From: an uncultured Candidatus Peribacteria bacterium
GTDB taxonomy: Bacteria > Patescibacteriota > Gracilibacteria > Peribacterales > Peribacteraceae
Assembly: GCA_964497975.1 (NCBI GenBank)
Contig: CAZCFO010000003.1
Coordinates: forward strand, 6,620 to 70,619
DNA length: 64,000 nt
Direction of reading: 5' to 3'
In this document: one piece after another, positions 31,323 to 40,300 of the stretch
How the letters are laid out: the number at the start of each line of letters is the position of its first letter
How positions within the stretch are numbered: the first letter of the stretch is position 1
Program-made: the position numbers and the translations under genes
The notes under the pieces: generated by a model
What the model was told of the DNA's origin: nothing
Database searches by the model: none
The model's input: only the letters and a program-made list of their open reading frames with translations

Positions 31323-33092
31323 ATGAATTCCATCCCCGCCGGAATCGAAACATCATTGCTTGCGGCTGGCTTCACTCCGACCGAAGTCCTGGTGGTGCGG
31401 AAGCTGATGGAAAGCGACGCGCTCACCCTGCGCGAGCTTGCCGCGCGTACGGGAAAGGGGATCGGCGTGCTCGATCAGGCGGTAAAGAAGCTTCTCCGCA
31501 AGAACATTCTTCGCCGGGACACCATTAATGATTCCGCAAAGTACACGCTCACTTCCCTCGATCAGGTTTTGCATTGGGTGGAAACCGACATGAACCAAAA
31601 ACGCGAAGTTCTCCAGCGCCAGCATCAGAACTTCGAACAATTCATCCGCACGTTCGAGCAGGATAAAAAGAGGCCCGATATCCAGTACTTTGACGGGCTT
31701 GATGGGCTTGCGACCGCCTATCGGAAACTTCTCGAGCGGGGAAAAGAGATGCTCGCGTACGTTCCGGTCTTTTGCAGCATCGAGGATCACCCGCTGCGCG
31801 ACTTCATGGTGGAATGGTTCCGCATCCGTCGGAATCATGGAGTGTTCTTGCGCGTCATCGCTCACGACACTCCTCTGGGACGCCGGTACGTTTCCCGCGA
31901 TCCGTTCGAATACCGTCAGACGGTTCTGGTGGATGAGAAGACCTACCCCTTTACCTTTGAAAAGATCATCTCGGGGGACACGGTCGCCTGTATTAATTAT
32001 GCCGAAAAACGGGCGTGCCTACTCCGGTATCCGGAGTTGTCCACCATGGAAAAGTCGCTCTTTGAAGGCATTTGGAAGCAGGAACAAAAAAAAGATGTAT
32101 CTATAAAATCCACTGAAGCCATTGTGACAGCAATTAAAGTACCAAATACTGCGACGATACGAGTTCGTGTTCTCTCTGCGCTGCGAGAATTTTTTCTTAG
32201 CAAGAAGAGTGCTGCCATTATTTTGGTAATTATGCTCTTGGCCATAGTTGTAGCATTTGCAGTCCAAGCCTTATCAGAGCCCCATTCTGCAAGTGAAGTT
32301 TCAACAAGGATTTTCAAGTTTATGCTTTCGTTTTCAGCTACTTTCTTATTGTTTATAACAGTTCGCCTAGCTGCTGCCAATAAGTCATTAATAAAGGAAC
32401 TATGGTCGGTATTTAAAATTAAAAAAATTCTGTTAATTGCGGCACTATGTCTTGAACTTTCTTTTGCAATAACATTTGCAATTTATAAATATTCATTAAA
32501 TCAAATAATTGATGAAATCGGAATGAAAACTATGGCAGCAATGGCTACTGCTTCGACGGAAATAAAAACAGAGGATCTAATAAAAATTCAGTCAGCTGAA
32601 GATATGAAAACAGATAGTTATCAAAGCTTATTCCAAAAACTGAATCTAATTCGCACTACAAATCCTCATATAAAATACGTATATATAATGCGGTATTTGC
32701 CTAAAGAAAATGTCTTTGAATTTGTAGTTGATGCTAATTCAAACTTCAATTTGCCTGCGATTGGCCCCGATCTTAATGGAGATGGAATAATCAATCAGGC
32801 AGACGAAAATGTTTTTCCTGGAGTAAAATATCCTGTTGAAGGGAAAATGTTACAAGCTTTGGAAACCCCTTTATATGAATCTGAATTTTTTGCAGATCAG
32901 TGGGGCACTTGGATATCGGCGTATGCCCCACTCAAAAACAATAAAGCGAAGTATGCACTCTTAGGGGCTGATGTTGATATTTCAGATGTTTATGCATCTC
33001 AAAATCGAAAATTTTCGCCATGGTTATGGTTTTCGGGAATCTTTGGCCTTTTGGCTTTATTGTCCATTTTAATCAAGAGTATAAAGCCCTAG
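31323..33092 (+). CDS. membrane-tethered TrmB-family HTH regulator with extracytoplasmic Cache/PDC-like sensor domain
   Basis: N-terminus LLAAGFTPTEVLVVRKLMESDALTLRELAARTGKGIGVLDQAVKKLLRKNIL (TrmB-type wHTH), followed by 3 TM helices. The sensor region YVYIMRYL...EFVVDANS...DLNGDGII...WGTWISAYAPLKN...ALLGADVDI is homologous to the HK sensor at 35408-36874. There is a final TM helix. Confidence 0.75.
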   Translation: MNSIPAGIETSLLAAGFTPTEVLVVRKLMESDALTLRELAARTGKGIGVLDQAVKKLLRKNILRRDTINDSAKYTLTSLDQVLHWVETDMNQKREVLQRQHQNFEQFIRTFEQDKKRPDIQYFDGLDGLATAYRKLLERGKEMLAYVPVFCSIEDHPLRDFMVEWFRIRRNHGVFLRVIAHDTPLGRRYVSRDPFEYRQTVLVDEKTYPFTFEKIISGDTVACINYAEKRACLLRYPELSTMEKSLFEGIWKQEQKKDVSIKSTEAIVTAIKVPNTATIRVRVLSALREFFLSKKSAAIILVIMLLAIVVAFAVQALSEPHSASEVSTRIFKFMLSFSATFLLFITVRLAAANKSLIKELWSVFKIKKILLIAALCLELSFAITFAIYKYSLNQIIDEIGMKTMAAMATASTEIKTEDLIKIQSAEDMKTDSYQSLFQKLNLIRTTNPHIKYVYIMRYLPKENVFEFVVDANSNFNLPAIGPDLNGDGIINQADENVFPGVKYPVEGKMLQALETPLYESEFFADQWGTWISAYAPLKNNKAKYALLGADVDISDVYASQNRKFSPWLWFSGIFGLLALLSILIKSIKP

Positions 33093-33140
33093 CAGTGAAC
33101 ATTACATTTGCTCTTTAAATAGAGTAAAGTTCTTTTTATT

Positions 33141-33491
33141 ATGAAAAATTTTGTATGGGCAATGGCCATTATGGGGGCTGTCGCAATCGCTGCCTTGGCA
33201 GATTCCGTTAGTACCCTTTGGGCAAACGGTAATAATAGATTTTCAATTTATTTATTGTTAATTTTTCTTTTAGGCCCTCTAGTCTTCATAAGCTTTGGTT
33301 TAGTAACGACAAAAGTAGGTTTGGCCATAACATCGGGGGTGGTGAATTCCTTATTGGTACTAACATCTATTTCTATCGGACTTTTTGTTTTTGGAGAGTG
33401 GAATAAAGTTTCCTTTCTTCAGTATGTCGGAATGGCTTTTGCAATTACGGGAATAATTTTTATGTTGTTTTTTCCGAAGGTAAATTCCTAG
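33141..33491 (+). CDS. SMR/DMT-superfamily 4-TM protein (EamA-half / ArnE-like)
   Basis: 116 aa with four hydrophobic helices. Low-GC codon usage. Confidence 0.7.
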   Translation: MKNFVWAMAIMGAVAIAALADSVSTLWANGNNRFSIYLLLIFLLGPLVFISFGLVTTKVGLAITSGVVNSLLVLTSISIGLFVFGEWNKVSFLQYVGMAFAITGIIFMLFFPKVNS

Positions 33492-33494
33492 GCT

Positions 33495-35360
33495 ATGCCT
33501 AAAGCTTTTGAAAAAAAACTTCTTCATGTATCAAATGTTTCGATTAAGAGGCAAGCTGCATCAGAAAAAGAGGGCAGCTATTTGGAAATATTAAGCTTTG
33601 AACGAATTAGCAAAAAAACAAATGCTTTTGCAGATCACATTCAAAAAAATCTTGAAAAAATCACAAATGTGCTTTTGGAATATGAAAGTTATGAAGTAGT
33701 AATGGACGAGATTTCACGTTCGCTAGATTTGTTACAAAATTTACAGGAAAACAGGACCTACTTCTCCTTAAGGATTGGGAATATTGTCGCCTTTTTACCT
33801 CGTAACCAGCCTCTTTATGCATTTACATGTTTTGTGATCGTCCCATCACTGATGGCAACAGAAGTACACTTTAGAATTCCTCACAGCATGAAAAAGTTTT
33901 TTCCTCAATTATTAGACATTCTTGAGGTAAGTGACTTTTTTCCAAATGTAAAAATTTCTAAAAAGGAACGAGTGGAATTTTTAAGTGAGCATTCCTCATT
34001 AAGATTTGATCCACTCACAAATCGGGCATTGCCTTTAACTGAGGCGGTAATATTTACTGGAGCCTCACATCATGCTGAAAAATTACGTTTAGTTTTTGAT
34101 AAGCGAACCCTGTTTATTACAAATGGAGCAGGCCACAACCCTTTAATTGTCAGTTGCGATGCAGATATGCAAGCGGCAGTTACAGCGGCAGTTAGTCTGC
34201 AATTTTATAATCAAGGCCAGGATTGCGCTGCTCCGAATGCAGTTTTAGTTCATTCTAAAATATTTAATAAATTTGCAAAATTGCTCAGGGAAAAAATTAG
34301 TCATCTTAAGGTTGGGCCATATAAAGATCGATCTTGTCGGATAGGACCCATCAGTGACTCTAGGGATTTGGTTAGAATACAAACCATATTAGTGGATAAT
34401 GAGAAATGGTTGGACCCAAATACTCCTGGCGTAATTTCAACAGCTCAATCCCTTGTAATGCCGACTATTATTAATAAGCCCCTACAGGAAGGAGGTAATT
34501 TTACAGAAGTATTTGCACCAATACTTTTTTTGCAAAAATATAACGACGACCCAAGTCTATCTTTGTATTTTGAGGATAAAAGCTATGCACGAAATGCAAT
34601 GTACGTAACGCTTTATGGTAGCAGTTCATATGTAGAATCCTTGGTGGGTAAAACAGTGCATGGAAAAATACTCCACGATACGGATTCCATATTAATTAAT
34701 AAGCATTTGCACGAAAAAGGTATTGAAAGAGGGACTAAGCCGTATGGTGGATATGGTATTGGCGCTTCAAGTCTTAGTATTAATTCGAAAACAATTTGCA
34801 TGCCGACCCTTCCTCAGCGCGATATCTATGAGCATCTTGCAAAACCGTTTTTAAATGAGAAAGAAAGGAGTATTCAGCAAGAAATGATCAGTCGTGCTTC
34901 CATCCTTCTCCCGAAAGACATAAAAAAATTCTTGGCATTTAGATCAATTGAGGACAAGGAAAAACAGCAAATATCCTTATTAGATTCTTACATTGACTTG
35001 CAGGGAATGAAAGTGGACGGAAAAAGATATGTAAAACTACAACCTGAAAATAGTTATACGCTTCTTGATAAGCCAAACATTCCATATGCAGCTCATTTGC
35101 ATCCAAAGGACCTACAAAATATTAGATTACTAAGAGAGTTTTTAAAAATTGATAAGAAAATTTCTCCCGAAGAGTTTTCAAGGTTTTTATACGATTTACC
35201 CAAGGGACGGGAGGAAGCTTCGGAAGCAAATCACACAGCACAAGCGAACTTCTTTACACACATCTATTATTTGGTATTTGGGAAATCAACAGGTCCTCGA
35301 CTTGCTAGATTTCTTTTGGAAGTTGATAAGCAAAAGATATGTGAACTGTTGGATGTATAA
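33495..35360 (+). CDS. aldehyde-dehydrogenase-superfamily domain fused to a class-I lysyl-tRNA-synthetase-like C-terminal domain
   Basis: ALDH core: FTGASHHAEKL, LFITNGAGHNPLIV (the ELGGK position lacks Glu), YNQGQDCAAPNAVLVH (catalytic Cys motif GQ.C.A), LKVGPY. Tail: SPEEFSRFLYDL...FFTHIYYLVFGKSTGPRLARFLLEVDKQKICELL resembles the LysRS-I C-terminus (..Y..L.GK.RGPRLASFL..), compared from memory. Confidence 0.7.
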   Translation: MPKAFEKKLLHVSNVSIKRQAASEKEGSYLEILSFERISKKTNAFADHIQKNLEKITNVLLEYESYEVVMDEISRSLDLLQNLQENRTYFSLRIGNIVAFLPRNQPLYAFTCFVIVPSLMATEVHFRIPHSMKKFFPQLLDILEVSDFFPNVKISKKERVEFLSEHSSLRFDPLTNRALPLTEAVIFTGASHHAEKLRLVFDKRTLFITNGAGHNPLIVSCDADMQAAVTAAVSLQFYNQGQDCAAPNAVLVHSKIFNKFAKLLREKISHLKVGPYKDRSCRIGPISDSRDLVRIQTILVDNEKWLDPNTPGVISTAQSLVMPTIINKPLQEGGNFTEVFAPILFLQKYNDDPSLSLYFEDKSYARNAMYVTLYGSSSYVESLVGKTVHGKILHDTDSILINKHLHEKGIERGTKPYGGYGIGASSLSINSKTICMPTLPQRDIYEHLAKPFLNEKERSIQQEMISRASILLPKDIKKFLAFRSIEDKEKQQISLLDSYIDLQGMKVDGKRYVKLQPENSYTLLDKPNIPYAAHLHPKDLQNIRLLREFLKIDKKISPEEFSRFLYDLPKGREEASEANHTAQANFFTHIYYLVFGKSTGPRLARFLLEVDKQKICELLDV

Positions 35361-35407
35361 GCAAATTAACTCTTTATTGAAAGAGCCATTTGTGCTAGAA
35401 TATTAAG

Positions 35408-36874
35408 ATGGATTCTCAGTCCAAGACAAAAAAGAAGTGGCAGTCAACATTAATACAAGGGTTCATTGTATTAGTAGCTATTCTAATAACAGCAGGGGTT
35501 TCTTGGTTTTTGTATGAGCATACCGTTAATCTTTTAACTGATAACTTGCGTCAGCGACTTCTTTCTATAGGAACCACTCAAGTAGCTAATATTGATCCGT
35601 CAGATGTAGAAAAATTGCAAAAAGAAGATGATTGGAAACGACCCGAGTGGGCCAGAGTTGTAGGGCAATTAAAGAGGGCAAAAAATAACAACTCAAATAT
35701 TGTTTTTATGTACATTTTTAGAAAGAAAGGAAATGATGCCACGCAAATGGAATTTGTAGCAGATGCAGAGTCAATTAATCCATATGCCAACATTGATACA
35801 GACTCTTCAAATGACGTTGATGCTAATGGAGATGGAAAAATTGAACCGGATGGAGCTGACCAATTACAATGGCCCGGGCAAGATTATCCAGAGCCACCGG
35901 ACGAAGCCTTTCTGGCATATGACGGACCTCTTACCAATAAGGATCTCTATGCTGATGCCTATGGGCAAGTACTCACAGGTTATGCACCCATAAAAAATGG
36001 TAGTGGGAAAGTAATCGCAATCCTAGGTACTGATATAAAAGCCAATGACTTCTTTACGGTTACACGACAAACACTTTATCCATTTTTAGCTTTCATTATT
36101 TTGCTTATAGGGATTTTGCTCATCCTTGCCAGTAGCCTTATTAAAATTTGGTCCAAGCAAGTGGATTTGATTGTTGAACTAGATCGTCAGAAAGACTCTG
36201 TTTTGCATATGGTTGCCCATCAATTTAAAGGGCCTGTTTCCACCATTAACTTCACTACGGAGCTGCTTCTCGATGGCACTTATGGGAAGCTTTCCCCTGA
36301 GCAGCAGGAGAACGTAAATGTTATTCGTACGGCTTCGCAAAAGATGGGATCGCAATCAGAAATGGTCTTGGATGCTGCAAAAATTACGCTCGGGAAGCTG
36401 CCGCTTGAACCCAAGCCCGTTGAGCTTGATCAGCTCTTCAAGGAAGTAGTGAAGGAGGCCGAGACTCACGCAAAGGAACGCAAAGTGAATTTGAAGGTTG
36501 TTCTTCCCAACGAACCGCTTCCCACAGCGACTCTCGATCGGAGATATACACAGCTGGCCTTCGATAACCTTCTCAGTAATGCCATTAAATACACCGCTCT
36601 GAAAGCGGAGGGCGGCAGTGCTGAATTCATCGTCCAAATGCAGGGTAAGACGTTACGTGCTTCCGTGAAGGACACCGGCATCGGTATCCCCAAGGCAGAA
36701 CAGGACAATATCTTCAAGGAACTCTATCGTGCCTCGAATGCTGGCAAGGATGGCAATGGGCTTGGTTTGCACGTCACCAAGGGCGCCATCGAAGCCCAGG
36801 GCGGCAAGCTGTGGTTTGAAAGCGAAGAAGGGAAGGGAACGACGTTCTTTGTGGAGCTTCCCTTGAATTCTTAA
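35408..36874 (+). CDS. sensor histidine kinase with Cache/PDC-like periplasmic domain
   Basis: TM1, sensor (IVFMYIFRKK...EFVADAES...DANGDGKI...YGQVLTGYAPIKN...AILGTDIKA), TM2, H-box HMVAHQFKGPV, N box LLSNAIKYT, G boxes DTGIGIP and GNGLGLHV. Confidence 0.88.
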   Translation: MDSQSKTKKKWQSTLIQGFIVLVAILITAGVSWFLYEHTVNLLTDNLRQRLLSIGTTQVANIDPSDVEKLQKEDDWKRPEWARVVGQLKRAKNNNSNIVFMYIFRKKGNDATQMEFVADAESINPYANIDTDSSNDVDANGDGKIEPDGADQLQWPGQDYPEPPDEAFLAYDGPLTNKDLYADAYGQVLTGYAPIKNGSGKVIAILGTDIKANDFFTVTRQTLYPFLAFIILLIGILLILASSLIKIWSKQVDLIVELDRQKDSVLHMVAHQFKGPVSTINFTTELLLDGTYGKLSPEQQENVNVIRTASQKMGSQSEMVLDAAKITLGKLPLEPKPVELDQLFKEVVKEAETHAKERKVNLKVVLPNEPLPTATLDRRYTQLAFDNLLSNAIKYTALKAEGGSAEFIVQMQGKTLRASVKDTGIGIPKAEQDNIFKELYRASNAGKDGNGLGLHVTKGAIEAQGGKLWFESEEGKGTTFFVELPLNS

Positions 36875-37308
36875 AAAGTCGCCTCCGCGTACCAGTGAGA
36901 GTTTTCTCGATTTTCAACTCCTAACATGTGAATTTTGTCCTTCAGGAAAAAATAAAGCATGGGAGTATCGTTATCAGGCGATGGCTCAGGCTCAAGATGC
37001 ACACTTGGGCTATTAGGGTCAGGATCGAGATTAAAAAGAAGATCGACCTGTCCATTTTGGTCAGCGGTGGCTGGTGTATTTAAAGCAGGAATGTCGCACC
37101 AAGTTGATGGAGCTGTATTTTCAATCGTTGCTTCATAATCTCCATCTCTTACAGTTTTGTCAGAGCAACTTAAGCCCGCTCTCTGGATCACTGCTCCAGT
37201 CATTTTCTGGCCCATAAAAACAGAAACGACAAGATTATGCTTAGGGGAGTAAGAAAAAATTTGGCAGCCTGCTAAGATAAAACATCCGATAAAGAAAATC
37301 TTTTTCAT
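36871..37308 (-). CDS. lipoprotein, hypothetical (candidate immunity protein)
   Basis: MKKIFFIGCFILAGC lipobox. 145 aa. ATGA overlap with the stop of the 1327-aa gene. Low GC. Confidence 0.7.
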   Translation of the reverse strand: MKKIFFIGCFILAGCQIFSYSPKHNLVVSVFMGQKMTGAVIQRAGLSCSDKTVRDGDYEATIENTAPSTWCDIPALNTPATADQNGQVDLLFNLDPDPNSPSVHLEPEPSPDNDTPMLYFFLKDKIHMLGVENRENSHWYAEATF

Positions 37309-40300
37309 GATTCTATACGGTAAATAGTGGTGTAAGTTGCCTTCAAATTCAACGAATTAAAGGACATGAAATGATATCGTGGGGTATTATCTGGCTGTTT
37401 CCACAGAGTGGGTTGAATGCCTGCATTTTTTTCCTCAGCGGTTAATTCTCTTGGGCTGTGAGTGAATTCATCAATAACACCACGTGTAATTTCTAAATGA
37501 GTATTTATATCTCCAGGAAAATCTTTAATTTCCATCCAATTTTCATTATTTCCGAAATTCGTATCAAGAACCCACAAACCATCGCTTTGAATTTTTGTAA
37601 TCAACATTGTGTGCGGAATGCTCCCATATCCCATTTGGACAACATCTCCGACTTTCACATCAGAGCTATTATTAATCATTTCCTCAAACGTTTTGTCGCC
37701 TCGAATAGATGCAACAACAGTTACGTTGGCAGTAGTACTCGAAAATGAATTCCATTCATACGAGCCTATCCCTTTAATGTCGCTGGTTTTATTTGTCGGC
37801 AGTTTATTAAGAGTAATTCCACTCGATTGTAGCCAGTTTTGAATCCAAGTTTTGCACTGCTCCAGTCCAGTTCCGTGAAGTTCTCCAATAAAGGGATATG
37901 TGCCATTATTTTGATATTTAAGGGTAGGAATAATGGAATTCATCACATACGTCAGGATTTTCTGATTTGTTTCCGGCAGTTCATTAAAGTTGTCGATGCT
38001 TAAAACCTCTTGGGCAATTTTCTTTTGTGCGTCAGTAAGATCATCCCAGTTGCGCGGAATGCCACTTGTGTTGGCAGCTCTCTCCACCACCTTCTGCACT
38101 CCTACCTGCAGAGCCGGCTTCAGAGAATTGAAAAACGAGGTGAATGAGGACGACACTCCCGTTACAAGCTGCTCCGTTCCTTGCATTTTGGCAGAAATCC
38201 ATTTGGATACTTCGGAAAGGTCTCTTGCGATGAGCGTAATGGGATTGAACGTCGAAGGAGGAATGCCCCCTGCCGTCGCAACGAGATAGGCCGATTGCCG
38301 CAGGGTGAATGTGCCGTCGGAATTGCGCTGCAGAATGAGTCCCTCACCCATGGAATTTCTATAGGCGATGGCGGTGCCCTCCTGAGTGACAAATTCCTTG
38401 GGAGGCTCCACTTTCGAAGCGGCCACAACGGCGCCGGAGAACTTCGTAAACTCGGCCACCGTCCACCCCGCCCGGTCCGGTGCGCCGGCGACGGCAACGA
38501 AGACTTTATCGAGTGCAAGCTGCTGTTCAGTCGTCCGTTGCGCAATGGGAATGTTCTGGACGTGCAGCAGCCCCGCTGCCGCCAAGGCATCGTGCAACGC
38601 CTGGTCCTGCTCCTGCGAGCGCACGCTCGCGGCATGCTCGGCGTTGAACACGGCGATGCTGTCGGCGCAGATGCGCTCGTACTCCTGTTCGTAAATCTCT
38701 TCGCACCTCGCCTTGCACATCCGGTAGATCTCGTCCCGCGACGGGAGATTGGGGATGGAGGCCTGCGCATTGTGTCCAGTGGGGTCCTTGATGGGGGAGG
38801 TGTTGCGCGGCAGCACCACGCCGTTCATTTCCATCAGCACCGTGTTCCAGGTGTCCTGCACCGCGACGAGATAGGCGTCCCACATGCGCCCTTTCGCGAC
38901 TTCAATGGCATTGCGCAGGTCTGACTGGCCCTGGGGGCTCAGCTGGTCATAAGCGGCGCTGCCCATCTGCCACCGCGCGATATCGGTACTGGACGAATTG
39001 ATCGTGACGACCCCCGGCCCGCGGTCAAAGAGGTTCAATTTCTCGATGATGCCCGTTGCGAGGAGGTTCTGCAGCGCGGGGTTCACGTTGCCCATGCCGT
39101 ATTCGCCCTGCCGCGGAACGCTCGTGGGGACGAAAGCCGCTTTCAGATCGACCTGGATGGAATCGCACAGATCGTCCGCGCCGCTCGTGATGGTCAGGAC
39201 GATACTGTCGCCGGCTGCAAGTCCGAAGAGGCGCTGGTCGAGGGGGAGGTTGTCGAAATTGGAAAGAGCCCCGCCGTTGGCGATGGCCTTCCTCCACTGC
39301 TCGCGCATCGTGCCATCCGCCGAGCGGATACTCAGCGCCACCGTTACGCCGTCCCCCACGCGTGCGTCCAGATCGGTGATCGATCCGCGCAGCATCGCGG
39401 TGCCCGAACCGTTGGGGGTGAACAACACCCGGACGTCTTTGTCTGTCGTCGGGTGGACAAGAAGGGTCTGGCCGGCGAGAGGAGCGGCATTGCCGGTTCC
39501 TTCCAGGGCGGCCGGTGCATCGCTGCGGTTGACCGCCACGCTCAGCGGAAGGTCGCGCGTGCCCGCCGGCGGCGCGTAGGCGATCTGCGAGAGATTGAAG
39601 GCGCTCGGCTGGCCGGTGTAGGTATCACCCATTACGTACGCTCCGGCCTTGGTGCGGATATTCCAGTCCCGGGCATCGAGCGGAATCTCCATGACCGATG
39701 TGCCCGCGGCGATATCCAGCGTCACGGGATTTTTCCACGGCCGGATGTATTCGAGCACGTACCCCTCCGCGAAATTCCGCAGGGTGAACCGCTGCTTCTG
39801 CGTGTCGCCATCGGGGTAGATCTCCACGCGCGGCGTGATCCTGGGGATCTCTTTCCCCTGCGTTCCGTCCGGCGACACGCCGCTGAGCGTCCCGATGGGG
39901 GCTAGCTGGGAGAAGGAAAGGGGAGTCGCATTGCCTCCGGTCGTCACCACTTCCGCGCTCCAGGTTCCGATGACGGAATGGGAAAACAGATCACCGGTGG
40001 CGGTCATTGCGGCGGGCATATCCCAGCTTTGCATCTGCCTGTTCACGATCGTCTGGATTGCCGGAAGATCGCCCCGGATGGTTTCGGGAACAACCCATCG
40101 CGGCACCTTGATCACGCGGTCGCCGGCTTCGGGCGTGATCGTCGCGCTTCCAAGAGTGAATGACGCCGTTCCGCTGAAGTACTTCGTCCGCAGGTACAGC
40201 CAGTCCATGTCGCCGGTGATCTCCACGCCCATGGACATCCGCACAAAGGATTCCTTCACCGTCGCCTGAGGGACGAGCGGCGCTTGGGGAGAGAGCAGCT

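Noticed and set aside
32040-38300. Low-GC block as a simple inserted genomic island or prophage.
   Set aside because: No integrase, direct repeats or tRNA lie at its borders. Both borders fall within continuous ORFs, so it is reported as in-frame mosaicism, with assembly chimera as the alternative.
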